A DNA stretch of 36,272 nt, taken from contig JAEOTA010000045.1 of the NCBI GenBank assembly GCA_016840085.1, positions 1 to 36,272 on the forward strand. Direction: 5' to 3'. A model generated the notes under the pieces. The model ran no database searches and was not told the DNA's origin. It saw only the letters and a list, made by a program, of their open reading frames with translations. The DNA is from Promethearchaeota archaeon. Lineage in GTDB: Archaea > Asgardarchaeota > Lokiarchaeia > Sigyniarchaeales > SOKP01. Below are positions 10,166 to 20,407 of the stretch, piece after piece. Within the stretch, counting starts at the first letter, position 1. The number at the start of each line of letters is the position of its first letter. Made by a program: the position numbers and the translations under genes.

Positions 10166-11539
10166 TTAACCCGATACTGTAAAACCATCAAATGCGATTG
10201 AAGGAACCTTTCCTTTATAAGTTAATTCAGTTTCATTACCTATGCCAATAATTTGATTAAAACCTTTATAAAAATTTCCTGCGATGGTTACTGGTTCTAA
10301 GGGAGTTGTAATTTCACCGTTTTCTATTTTATTACATGTTGGAGCCACAATAGAAAAATCTCCAGATACAAAATCAGAATGTCCTTCCCCCATCAAATAG
10401 CCTGTAACTAAAATCCCACTCTCAATTTCAGAAGCTAATTCCTCGATATTTTTATATCCAGGATTAACTGAAATAGTTGTAGGTGCTATCGAAGGCATTG
10501 ATTCATAAGATTGAGGTCCTTGTCTATTAGCATTACCTGTATTATCTGCTGAATATATTTGACTGTAATAATGGTTAAAAATAAAAGATTTTAACTTTCC
10601 TTTTTCAATAATTAATGTTTTTTTACGCGGAAATCCTTCATCATCAATTGCTACCATTTTAGGATCTTCTGGGATCTGAGCATCATCATTGATAGTTAGA
10701 AAAGGTACACCAACTTGAGTATTAAGTTTATTAACAAAAGTGCTTCTTCCCTCAATAACACTTTTACCATTCACACTGTTTATTAAACTTGCATGTATCA
10801 GTTGAGATGCTGTTAAATTGTTAAAAAGTACATTCATTTGAGCTGTTTTATTAAGTGGATTAGATTTTAAGAATTTTAATGCTTCCTCAGCTCCAGCTCT
10901 TCCAAATCCTTCAAATTTCGGGATTCCACGTCCTATTGCAATATTTATTCCCGTTTTACTCTTATTTCCTTCTTTAGCTACAAACATAGCATCCATCATT
11001 CCAAATGAAGTTTTACTGGATTTTGAAAGATCTTCCGTATTTCCTACAGCAAATGCTCCATAACCAATTGTGATTTCACCTCTTACGGATGATATTCTGG
11101 AATCGTAATTTTTAGCTTCGTTGAAAATCAAATTAGCACCATTTACAATTTTTTCACTCTCAATTTCCAGAACAGATTCGTCTATAGCCCCTTCTTTACC
11201 TTTCTCTGAAGATTGGACAAAATTTTTCCATCGATCATCGTCCTTAGTTAATGTTTTGGAAATTTTTAATGCAGATTCAATAGCAAAATTTACAGCAGCA
11301 TCAGTAATTCCCGATGCAGATGCAAATCCTACTTTTTTACCTATTACACAACGACAACCTACGCCAATATTTCCTCCCTTAGTTGCATCAATCATTCCAC
11401 TTTTTATTTTAATATTTAGCGATTGGAAATTGGTGATATAAAGTTCAAGTGCGTTAATTCCTAAAGATAAACCAAATTTTAAACCTCGATCGATACGAGA
11501 AAGAAGATCTGATTCCCAATCATCAAAATCTATGATCAT
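10166..11539 (-). CDS. tldE: TldE/PmbA family protein
   Basis: DDEGFP, TGNA, SGDFS, IAGN motifs; no HExxH; directly downstream of tldD. Confidence 0.85.
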   Translation of the reverse strand: MIIDFDDWESDLLSRIDRGLKFGLSLGINALELYITNFQSLNIKIKSGMIDATKGGNIGVGCRCVIGKKVGFASASGITDAAVNFAIESALKISKTLTKDDDRWKNFVQSSEKGKEGAIDESVLEIESEKIVNGANLIFNEAKNYDSRISSVRGEITIGYGAFAVGNTEDLSKSSKTSFGMMDAMFVAKEGNKSKTGINIAIGRGIPKFEGFGRAGAEEALKFLKSNPLNKTAQMNVLFNNLTASQLIHASLINSVNGKSVIEGRSTFVNKLNTQVGVPFLTINDDAQIPEDPKMVAIDDEGFPRKKTLIIEKGKLKSFIFNHYYSQIYSADNTGNANRQGPQSYESMPSIAPTTISVNPGYKNIEELASEIESGILVTGYLMGEGHSDFVSGDFSIVAPTCNKIENGEITTPLEPVTIAGNFYKGFNQIIGIGNETELTYKGKVPSIAFDGFTVSG

Positions 11540-11541
11540 CT

Positions 11542-12966
11542 TTAGTCTTCACCCCCAAATCGAACATTATTGATTAACAGTTTTGGACCACCAAGCCCTA
11601 CAGGAAGGGGTGATTGTCCATCTTTTCCACATCCACCAAAATAAGTAGAAAAAATAACTAAATCTTTCGTAGCACCCTCTACATTTTTAAGTAATTGAAG
11701 AATATTTCCAGTTAATGAAACATCTTTTAAAGGATATTGTTTCTCTCCATTTTCAACCCAATACCCTCTAACTGCCTTAAAAAAAAATGATCCATCCATG
11801 CCTACTTGTCCACCTAAAGTTTGAATAGCATAAATCCCTTTTCCTAATTGTTTTAAAGCTTCCTCTTCAGTAAGATCTCCTGGCATAAAATAGGTGTTTT
11901 TCATTCTTGGGATAGGGGCAAATGTAAAATTAACAGCTCTAGCATTACCTGTGGGTTTTACATTAAGCAATTTTGCTGTAGATCGTGAATGAAGAAATTC
12001 TTTTAAAACTCCATTTTCTATAAGAACATTATGTTCTGTTTTTATGCCCTCATCATCATAAGGTAGCCAAAATCCAGAAATATTTTCATCTCGTTTTGGT
12101 GTTCCCTCATCAATTATGGTTACATATTCAGAGCCTAGGGTTTCTCCTAATTTATCATGAATTGGAGTTCCTTTAGAAACCACAAAATCACCTTCAGTTA
12201 GATGACCAAAACTTTCATGAGCCAGAACTCCAACTAAGAAATTTTCGCAAAGTGCTCGAAAAATGCCCGCTGGTGCAGCTTTAGCAGTTATTTTTTCTTT
12301 TGCCCATTCAGCGGCATTTTTTCCCAAATCTTCAGGGGTAAAATTTTTCATTTTTAAGTGTTCTAAGCCTATTGAGCCTGATCGTTGATCTGAAGCATTT
12401 ACAAGGTCTCCTTGGGATGTCTTGCTAGTGACTTCACATCTTACGTCTAATAAGTAAGGATGCCAATGAATCTCAGTCCCTTCGGAATTAGAAAATAATT
12501 TCTCTCCAGATAATTCACCATAAAGAGCTTTTAAAGATGCGATATCTTTACCATACTCTTTCATAGAGTCTTCCATTCGACTTAATATTTCCAATTTTTC
12601 GTCATTTTCCACTAACCAAGCTGGTTCTCTGATATTTGGTTTAAAATATTCATTTTTTATCGGTTCTAAGGGTTCTATTTCAGATTTAATACTAACCGCT
12701 GAAGCACTAGCTTTAGCTATACCTAAAGCGCTTATAGCTGACTGTTCAAGTATGGTTTTAGATAAATCCGCTGAAAAAGCATAACCCGTAGCCCCTTTAT
12801 AATATACATTAAATCCGACACCAGCTCGTTTCATTGCTTTGCACTCTTGAATTCTCTCATTGTCTTTTATTATCGTTCTAAGTAATAACTCATCATAGCG
12901 TGCTTCTACAAAATCTGCCCCTTTAGCTTCGACTTTAGAAATTATTGTTTGTAATTCATCAAACAT
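11542..12966 (-). CDS. tldD: TldD family metalloprotease
   Basis: HESFGH metal site, YDDEG, TGNARA, PRMKNT, GGCGKDGQ. Confidence 0.9.
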   Translation of the reverse strand: MFDELQTIISKVEAKGADFVEARYDELLLRTIIKDNERIQECKAMKRAGVGFNVYYKGATGYAFSADLSKTILEQSAISALGIAKASASAVSIKSEIEPLEPIKNEYFKPNIREPAWLVENDEKLEILSRMEDSMKEYGKDIASLKALYGELSGEKLFSNSEGTEIHWHPYLLDVRCEVTSKTSQGDLVNASDQRSGSIGLEHLKMKNFTPEDLGKNAAEWAKEKITAKAAPAGIFRALCENFLVGVLAHESFGHLTEGDFVVSKGTPIHDKLGETLGSEYVTIIDEGTPKRDENISGFWLPYDDEGIKTEHNVLIENGVLKEFLHSRSTAKLLNVKPTGNARAVNFTFAPIPRMKNTYFMPGDLTEEEALKQLGKGIYAIQTLGGQVGMDGSFFFKAVRGYWVENGEKQYPLKDVSLTGNILQLLKNVEGATKDLVIFSTYFGGCGKDGQSPLPVGLGGPKLLINNVRFGGED

Positions 12967-13161
12967 TTAATCACCTTTTTCGAGGATATTGTATAATTAA
13001 ATTTTAATATAATTCTATATATTCACCTTACTGTTAAAAAAGTAACCAAAATAGGGATATTTTGATAAATCCCGCATTATTCCCTAATCTATAAAAAATC
13101 TAAAATTTTAATGGATATTTTCATATAATTAAATAGTAACTTAATTATCAAATTAGAAAAG

Positions 13162-14433
13162 TTGTATACAATGCCAACCACAAAAGAATTTATAGATATG
13201 GATCTTGAATATTGTGCTCATAATTATCATCCTATTCCTGTTGTTATATCAAGAGCAGAAGGCGTTTGGGTGTATGATCCTGAAGGAAGGAAATATTTAG
13301 ATTGCTTATCAGCTTATTCTTCTCAAAATACAGGACACTGTCATCCAGAAATTATTGCTGCTCTAAAGGAACAAGCCGATATAGTTACTTTAACTTCTCG
13401 AGCGTTTCATAATGATAAGATGGGACCCTTTTTAAAAATGTTAGCTGAGGTTGTAGGACCACATATTAAGGATCCTCATAATTCGGGAATAATGTCAATA
13501 CCTATGAATACAGGAACAGAAGCAGTTTCAACTGGTATTAAAATGGCAAGAGCATGGGGTTATATTAAGAAAAAAATCCCAAAAAATGAAGCTATAATAA
13601 TTGTGTGTAGAAATAACTTTCACGGACGAACGATTACTATTGCAGGATTTAGTTCTGATATTTCAGCAGTTCGGTATTATGGAAATTTTGGACCATACAC
13701 ACCTGGGTTTATTATTATACCTTATGGAGATGCTGAAGAATTAGAAAATACAATTTTAGAAATAGGCCCTGAAAAAGTAGCTGCCTTTTTAGTAGAACCA
13801 ATTCAAGGAGAAGCTGGTGTTAATGTTCCTCCAGAAGGATATTTGAGGGATATAAGAGAAATTTGCACAAGACATAATGTTTTAATGATATTAGATGAAA
13901 TTCAAACTGGTTTATGCAGAACTGGAGAACTTTTTGCCTGCGACCATGAAAATGTGAAACCAGATATGTTATTATTGGGTAAAGCATTAGGCGGAGGGAT
14001 TTATCCTGTGTCCGCATGCGTTACCACAAAAAAAGTTATTGGACCAGATGTAATTAAACCAGGAACACATGGAAGCACGTTTGGCGGAAATCCTTTAGGT
14101 GCTGCTATTGCTATGAAATCAATTGATATCCATTTGCGTGAGAATCTTGCTGAGCGCGCTAAAGAAATGGGTGCTTATTTTATTAAAAGACTTAAAGAAA
14201 TTGGAGAAAAAAGAACCAAAATTCCAATAAAAGATATTAGAGGTAAAGGATTACTTATTGCTGTTGAATTTGCTGAGGATGCAAGGCAAATTGTCGAAGA
14301 ACTCAAAGATAACGGAATCTTAGCTAAAGATACTCATTCAACAACTATACGTTTTGCGCCCCCTTTAGTAATTACTAGAGAAGAAATTGATTGGGCTATG
14401 GAAATAATTGAAAAAGTATTTGTAAAGCAATGA
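13162..14433 (+). CDS. rocD: Ornithine--oxo-acid aminotransferase
   Basis: AHNYHP, LSAYS, FHGRT, EPIQGEAG, DEIQTGL, GKALGGG, HGSTFGGNP; start may be ATG at 13171. Confidence 0.92.
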   Translation: MYTMPTTKEFIDMDLEYCAHNYHPIPVVISRAEGVWVYDPEGRKYLDCLSAYSSQNTGHCHPEIIAALKEQADIVTLTSRAFHNDKMGPFLKMLAEVVGPHIKDPHNSGIMSIPMNTGTEAVSTGIKMARAWGYIKKKIPKNEAIIIVCRNNFHGRTITIAGFSSDISAVRYYGNFGPYTPGFIIIPYGDAEELENTILEIGPEKVAAFLVEPIQGEAGVNVPPEGYLRDIREICTRHNVLMILDEIQTGLCRTGELFACDHENVKPDMLLLGKALGGGIYPVSACVTTKKVIGPDVIKPGTHGSTFGGNPLGAAIAMKSIDIHLRENLAERAKEMGAYFIKRLKEIGEKRTKIPIKDIRGKGLLIAVEFAEDARQIVEELKDNGILAKDTHSTTIRFAPPLVITREEIDWAMEIIEKVFVKQ

Positions 14434-14488
14434 AAATTAGCCTTTCACACTAATTTTATAGAGTATTTTTGATTTATTTTTTACATAA

Positions 14489-14923
14489 ATGAGCAAAAGT
14501 TTTTATAACAATAAATGCTTTAAGATTCAAAACAAGGTGAGGTCGATGTCCGACTCAAATACAAGAGAATTGATTCGTAAACCTATTTATAAGAAAGGAT
14601 ATGTGTGGATTTTTGTCCTGTGTATAATTTCAATAATAGTGGCTCTCTCAATAACGACTGCAATCCCTTTTATTCCTGATAAAGACTATGGGGAACCAGG
14701 TTACGAAGATTATATTAAATTAATGCAGAGACTTCCAGCATTGTCAACACTTTTTCAGAATATAGGTATAGCATTATTTTCAGCGGCTACTTTTCTAGGA
14801 GCAATATTAGATGAATCAATTTCAAGAGAAGTTAAAAGAGGAATGATAATTGCTTCAGGTATAGGAATGGTAGCTTTAGTACTTAGTAGAGTGGTTGTTT
14901 TATTAGGTTATGGCTATCCCTAA
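14489..14923 (+). CDS. Small membrane protein (about 3 TM)
   Basis: Three hydrophobic segments; start may be the later ATG (MSDSN). Confidence 0.7.
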   Translation: MSKSFYNNKCFKIQNKVRSMSDSNTRELIRKPIYKKGYVWIFVLCIISIIVALSITTAIPFIPDKDYGEPGYEDYIKLMQRLPALSTLFQNIGIALFSAATFLGAILDESISREVKRGMIIASGIGMVALVLSRVVVLLGYGYP

Positions 14924-14931
14924 CTAGATTC

Positions 14932-15005
14932 CAGCTAATTTAGCACTAGCAAGACATTTATCGATAACTGCTTCAACACTATACAATCTTTCCTTCTCTT
15001 TTATA
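14932..15005 (-). repeat. Diverged internal fragment of arcC (copy of 16328-16401)
   Basis: Ungapped 74-bp match, 61/74 identical by manual count; encodes IKEKERLYSVEAVIDKCLASAKLA vs IKEKKKLYGVEAVIDKDLASAKLA. Confidence 0.9.
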
Positions 15006-15073
15006 GCATTTGAATAAAAGTTCTTTTAAAAAAATATTAAGATTTAATAATAAATTTTTTTTTTTCTTATATT

Positions 15074-16015
15074 ATGAAATTTGGATATTTTGTAAGAAGT
15101 ACGGTTTTTACTTATCCTGAAATAAGAGACTTATCAATTAAAGTAGATAAATTAGGTTTTGATTCGATTCATGTAAATGATCATTTCTTAGGCATGGATG
15201 CAAGGCAAGATAGAAGAGAACCGATGCTCGATGCGATGATGCTATTGACAGCATTGGCGGTGGAAACAAATAACGTAAAGCTTGGTCAAATAGTGTTATG
15301 TAATTCCTTTCGAAATCCAGCACATCTAGCTAAAATGATTTCAACATTGGATAATATTTCTAACGGAAGGGCTCTACTATGGATTGGTGCGGGATGGTTT
15401 CAGGAGGAATATAAAGCATATGGCTATCCTTTTCCTTCACCTAAGAGAAGAGTTGACGAATTAGAGGAATCTCTTACTATATATAAAAAAGTCTTTGCTG
15501 AAGAAGAGACAGACTTTAATGGCAGCTTTTGGACATTAAAACGCCACCGAAATTTTCCTAAACCAATTCAAAAACCGTATCCACAGATTGTAGTAGGAAC
15601 TACAGGAAAGAGAATGATTGATATTGCCTGTAGAGAAGCTGATGGAGTAAATTTAGATTTATGGTATGCCCCCAATATTGAGGATCTCCCACCAAGAATT
15701 TCTTATATTAATGAGAGACTAGAGCTACATAACCGTGATCCTTCTGAATTTGAAATTTCCCTTTTTACTGCCATTACTATTGTAAAAAGCCAAGAAAAAC
15801 TTAATGATCTAGTTGATAGGATAATAAAAAGAGTTCCTGGAGGTAAAAAACCAACCAAAGAACATATTTTAAAAAATCAATATATTGGCTTTCCAGAAGA
15901 TATAAAAGAGAAAATAGCAAGGTTAGAGAATATGGGTATCAAAAAAATAGTTACTTGGATCAGAAGATCTGATCTTGAGGATCCTATAGAGATTTTTAGT
16001 AAAAAAGTTATGTGA
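15074..16015 (+). CDS. LLM-class flavin (likely F420-dependent) oxidoreductase
   Basis: GFDSIHVNDH, FRNPAHLAK, LDNISNGR, GAGW, PKPIQKP. Confidence 0.88.
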   Translation: MKFGYFVRSTVFTYPEIRDLSIKVDKLGFDSIHVNDHFLGMDARQDRREPMLDAMMLLTALAVETNNVKLGQIVLCNSFRNPAHLAKMISTLDNISNGRALLWIGAGWFQEEYKAYGYPFPSPKRRVDELEESLTIYKKVFAEEETDFNGSFWTLKRHRNFPKPIQKPYPQIVVGTTGKRMIDIACREADGVNLDLWYAPNIEDLPPRISYINERLELHNRDPSEFEISLFTAITIVKSQEKLNDLVDRIIKRVPGGKKPTKEHILKNQYIGFPEDIKEKIARLENMGIKKIVTWIRRSDLEDPIEIFSKKVM

Positions 16016-16046
16016 TTTTTTTTTTTTAAATTAAACTAAATTTAAT

Positions 16047-16961
16047 TCAATTCTCCCTATATATATGAGTACCAGCTTTTCCAATTAATGCATCTTTAAT
16101 CTTTTCAATTGAAGTTATATATGCTTGTTCTCCACCAGTTTCCAAAAAATTGACTACTGCTTGAATTTTAGGTCCCATACTTCCAGCTGGAAACTGACCT
16201 TCTCTTAAATATTTTTTTGCTTTGGGTACTGAAAGTTTGCTAAAATCTTTTTGGTTAGAGGTTTTATAATTTATAGCAACTTTCTCAACATCTGTTGCGA
16301 TGAGAAGAATGTCTGCCTCTATTTGCTCAGCTAATTTAGCGCTAGCTAGGTCTTTATCGATTACGGCTTCAACTCCGTACAATTTTTTCTTTTCTTTTAT
16401 AACTGGGATACCACCTCCTCCACAAGCTATAACAATCCAGCCTCCTAACTCCATTAATCTTTTAATTTCACGCCATTGATAGATCTTTATAGGTTTAGGA
16501 GATGGAACAACACGACGATATCCTTTTGCTGTTTTTACATATCCGGGTTTCGGAACAGAATAAGCTGGACCGATAGGTTTAGTTGGATTATAAAAAGCTG
16601 GATCTTCTGGATTAACTTTAACATATGTCAGTACTGTAAGAAAAAGTTTTTTTTCATCAAGCCCTATTCTCATCAATTCTTCATCTAAAGTTGATTCAAT
16701 CATAAAGCCAATTTGACCTTGTGTTTCTGCCACTAAAATTTGTAAAGGTCTTTTTGTTACAGCCATTGTTGCTTCTTGTTGTAGTAAAAGATTTCCAACC
16801 TGAGGACCATTACCATGAGTTATAATTATATTATATTCTCTGGCTAACTCTGCAATTTGGCTAATTGGAACCTGTAAATTCCGAAATTGTTCTTCTGTTG
16901 TGCCTTCTTCGCCAAATCTAATTAAGGCATTTCCGCCGAGTGCTATTATTAATGTCTTCAA
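16047..16961 (-). CDS. arcC: Carbamate kinase
   Basis: ALGGNA, THGNGPQVG, PTKPIGP, RRVVPSP, GGGGIPV, EAVIDKD, GSMGPK. Confidence 0.96.
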   Translation of the reverse strand: MKTLIIALGGNALIRFGEEGTTEEQFRNLQVPISQIAELAREYNIIITHGNGPQVGNLLLQQEATMAVTKRPLQILVAETQGQIGFMIESTLDEELMRIGLDEKKLFLTVLTYVKVNPEDPAFYNPTKPIGPAYSVPKPGYVKTAKGYRRVVPSPKPIKIYQWREIKRLMELGGWIVIACGGGGIPVIKEKKKLYGVEAVIDKDLASAKLAEQIEADILLIATDVEKVAINYKTSNQKDFSKLSVPKAKKYLREGQFPAGSMGPKIQAVVNFLETGGEQAYITSIEKIKDALIGKAGTHIYREN

Positions 16962-17026
16962 TTAATAAACCTCTAGGTAAAATTACACAAAAGTAAATGA
17001 AAAATAAATAATATTAAGCTTATTAT

Positions 17027-17050
17027 TTAAAACTTTTCTCGTTAAAACAG
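17027..17050 (-). repeat. Possible remnant of OTC 3' end (copy of 21385-21408)
   Basis: 19/24 identical; reads LF*REKF* vs LFLRDKF*; sits just upstream of arcC; short and AT-rich. Confidence 0.45.
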
Positions 17051-17165
17051 TTCTTTTCTCAAACCTTAATATTCTCAATTCTCATTATAATGTTGAATGA
17101 TTTCAAATTATACCTAGTTTCTTCTAAAATACATAACTTAAATCTTTATCTCTTAATCAATGTAT

Positions 17166-18089
17166 CTATATTGATATACTAGTCGGAGTAATTTTCTTGA
17201 AAGGTCCGATAGCATTTTCAGGCCATCCTGGGTTTATTTTCATAAGTGCGGCAAGATGAAATACTGCCCAAGCCCCACATAGATCGCAGTTGACATCATT
17301 ACCATAACAACAAAATGGTCTCTCAAATCCTTCATTCCCTAGATACAATGAAAGCATATGGTTTTTAACAGGGCATTTATTTGTGATTTCTAAGGCATTT
17401 TGAGAGAACATAAGGTTCAAGACCATCAAATTATTAAGAATGAAATTCGGATATTTTTTCTTGAGATTCATAACATTTTTTATTATTAGATCTCGTTCTT
17501 CTAAAGATTCCCAACATAAACCAGTTCTATCTTTTTTTTTTGGTACATAGAAGGTGAAATTTACTCCCCTAATTGGTGTTTCTTTTTGCAAATCTTCAAT
17601 AAACTCTTCAATAAATTCTTCATTCTTTTTAGAAATTACACAGTTGCATTGAAGATCACCTGTAAAATCTTCCGGTAAATTATTCAAATTTTTTAGAACT
17701 TTCTTAAAACAACCTTTACCTCTAATCTCATCATTAATTTCTTCAGGACCATCTAAAGAAATTACCCATTTTATCTTTGGTCCTAAGTTTATTAAGGGTA
17801 AAGTTCCATTTGTCGTAATCGTATTTTGAGGAAATAGTTTGACACCTAATTCTAATACATCTTTTCTTAAAAGTGGTTCTCCACCCATCCATACCATTCG
17901 AACTATCCCAAATTTTCTTCGATATTTTTTTATCTCTTTTATCATTTGTTCTGCAGGCATTTCATTCTTTTTAGTAGGAGTATGAGGAGTACCTTCTCGG
18001 TAAATAAAACAATGCTTGCACTTTAAAGTACATCTGTTTGTTATATTTATCATTGCAATAGGACGCAACTCTTTATTCAATGTTTCCAC
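17166..18089 (-). CDS. Radical SAM protein with C-terminal Cys cluster
   Basis: CTLKCKHC, GGEP, TNG, SLDG, C-terminal C..CC.G...CDLCG. Confidence 0.88.
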   Translation of the reverse strand: METLNKELRPIAMINITNRCTLKCKHCFIYREGTPHTPTKKNEMPAEQMIKEIKKYRRKFGIVRMVWMGGEPLLRKDVLELGVKLFPQNTITTNGTLPLINLGPKIKWVISLDGPEEINDEIRGKGCFKKVLKNLNNLPEDFTGDLQCNCVISKKNEEFIEEFIEDLQKETPIRGVNFTFYVPKKKDRTGLCWESLEERDLIIKNVMNLKKKYPNFILNNLMVLNLMFSQNALEITNKCPVKNHMLSLYLGNEGFERPFCCYGNDVNCDLCGAWAVFHLAALMKINPGWPENAIGPFKKITPTSISI

Positions 18090-18222
18090 TTTTTATATTT
18101 AATATTTTCTAATCTCAAAATCTTCAATTCAATCAAAATGTTTTATAGTTTTTAATAGTATTTAATTAGATGAGTTTAATTCAATTCTAAAAAAGAATTT
18201 AATAGGAAAATATAGAATTAAC

Positions 18223-19938
18223 TTATTTTTTCCACATTTTTTTTAGTTGATGTGCTGCCATTTTTGGTCTTCTATCCCTTGTAAAAACTCCTTTATAATT
18301 AATTCCTCCCATCCTTACAATACCCTGGGATGTCTTAAAATCACATAAATTCCAAACGTGTTGACCAACGATATATGATTTACTTTTTAAAAGATCAATG
18401 TATTTAGTTAGAAATTCTACTTGATATTCTTCACTGAACATCTCTGGAGGCTGTGCATGCCATCCAGGGATAGTATCTGTGCCAAACTCGCTTAAAATTA
18501 TTGGTTTTTGGTATCGTCGAAAAATTTTATCGAGTTCCTCAGACAAATGCTCAATTCCCTTCTCAATTTGACCTTGATCAGTATACCATGCATAATACCT
18601 ATTTAAACACACAATATCACAAAACTCAAAAGCCCGATTTTCTACGCCTTGGCTATTAACTAAAGTAATAAGGCGTGAAGGATCTAATTTTTTAGTAAAC
18701 TTGTAAAGCTCATGAAAGAAATCTTTTGAGAGTGGGCTGGAACGTGGTTCATTTGCTAAGCTCCATATGATTACGCTGGGATGATTCTTATCACGTTCTA
18801 CTAGTTCTTGAATGTATTGCTTACATAAAGTCAAGTGACGATCTAGATGTTTTTTAATAAATGTAAGCCCTACAGCAGGAATCTCATTAATTATTAAAAA
18901 GCCGAGACGATCAGCAAGGTTCATCATCTGTTCTGAATAGGGATAATGAGTAGTTCGAAAAGAATTTGCCCCAGTCCATTTCATTAAGGAAAAATCTTTA
19001 ATTATTACAGCAGGGAGGTAACCCCTTCCTGTTACAGGAAAATCTTCATGACGTCCAAATCCATATAAGTAAAGCGGTTTACCATTTAAAAACAGTTGAT
19101 CACCTTTAACTTCGATAGTCCTAATTCCAATTTTGATAGTATAAATATCAAATACTTCTCCGTTATTGAAAAGTTCCATCGTTAAATCATAAAGATAAGG
19201 ATTTTCAGGGGTCCATAACTTAGGATTCTTTACTTCAAGCCTAGCTTCTATTAGTTTTCTTTTATTTGACTTTTCAGCTGTAATCTCGGTATCATCTACT
19301 TTTAATATCAATCGCGATTCTATTGGGTGTTCATTTGCTAAATTTATCTTTACTAAAACTATTCCTGAATCACTATCTATATTAGTTATTACAGTAATAT
19401 CTTCTATACCTTCTTTAGGAATTGAATAAAGCAAAACTGGTCGATGAATACCACAAAATGGAAAGAAATCAAAATTAGTGTTAGGAAAGTTATATGGGCG
19501 TCCACTTGGGGGAACGCGTTCAGGTGAAAGGTGCCCATCCACACGTACTACAAGAAGATTTTTCTGATTTTTTACTAAGTTTGTAATATCAAATTCAAAT
19601 GGTAAATGACCCCCTTCATGAGTCCCTATATGTTCTCCATTAAGCCAAACATCTGCTAAATAATTAACGGAACCAAATCGTAGAACGACTTTTTTATCAT
19701 TCCAATCCCAAGGTATACTAAAGGTAGTTTGATACCATCCAGGTCCTAAAAAATCCCGATTTTCTGTGAATTGATCATTCCAACTTGCGGGAACAGCAAT
19801 AGGATCTCCATTAGAAAAACCCTCATTCCAATTTTTTTCTATTCCCTGATTATCCAAATCAAATTGGAAATCCCAAAATCCAGAAAGATCAATATACTGA
19901 CGATAATTATTTCTTATAGGATAAAGAATATGCAACAC
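18223..19938 (-). CDS. uidA: Beta-glucuronidase (GH2)
   Basis: VPASWND, GGHLPF, FRTTHYPY, WSLANEP (acid/base), LSEFG (nucleophile), NYKG (NxKG glucuronidase motif). Confidence 0.9.
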   Translation of the reverse strand: MLHILYPIRNNYRQYIDLSGFWDFQFDLDNQGIEKNWNEGFSNGDPIAVPASWNDQFTENRDFLGPGWYQTTFSIPWDWNDKKVVLRFGSVNYLADVWLNGEHIGTHEGGHLPFEFDITNLVKNQKNLLVVRVDGHLSPERVPPSGRPYNFPNTNFDFFPFCGIHRPVLLYSIPKEGIEDITVITNIDSDSGIVLVKINLANEHPIESRLILKVDDTEITAEKSNKRKLIEARLEVKNPKLWTPENPYLYDLTMELFNNGEVFDIYTIKIGIRTIEVKGDQLFLNGKPLYLYGFGRHEDFPVTGRGYLPAVIIKDFSLMKWTGANSFRTTHYPYSEQMMNLADRLGFLIINEIPAVGLTFIKKHLDRHLTLCKQYIQELVERDKNHPSVIIWSLANEPRSSPLSKDFFHELYKFTKKLDPSRLITLVNSQGVENRAFEFCDIVCLNRYYAWYTDQGQIEKGIEHLSEELDKIFRRYQKPIILSEFGTDTIPGWHAQPPEMFSEEYQVEFLTKYIDLLKSKSYIVGQHVWNLCDFKTSQGIVRMGGINYKGVFTRDRRPKMAAHQLKKMWKK

Positions 19939-20407
19939 CTTCTTAAATTACTGTTCTTAAAATGTTATATTATAGGTATAAAAAAATCCATTATAAAATT
20001 AGTTAATGTGTTGTAAATACTATTAATTTTCGGTTAAAATGAAGGTAAATAATAATTTATTCCTTCAAAAATTCATATTTTTTTTAGTAGGATTATTTTA
20101 AATTTGATATTATTTACTTTTTGCTTTTTTATCAATTTATATTTTCTATTTCTCTGATTCTAAATCATTAATAGAAAGAAAAGTTTTTGTAAGCAATTCG
20201 TCTAGTGAAGGGTTATCTTTTAAATTAATTTCTTGGTGATATTTATAAAAATTTTTAAAAGCTTGCCATATAGAGGCATTATTTTGCATTTGTTCTTCAA
20301 AATAAAAAACTCAAAAATATAATAAAGAATTATAGATAGAAATAACATTTTATCATATTCATGCAATTCTGGATCCAAGAATTAGATTTAAATAGTGTTC
20401 CAAAAAA

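Noticed and set aside
17138-17156. Second possible OTC-end remnant (LRDK)
   Set aside because: Only four codons and needs an indel
18175-18188. 14-bp match to the arcC 3' end (tttaattcaattct)
   Set aside because: Short, AT-rich, and does not extend
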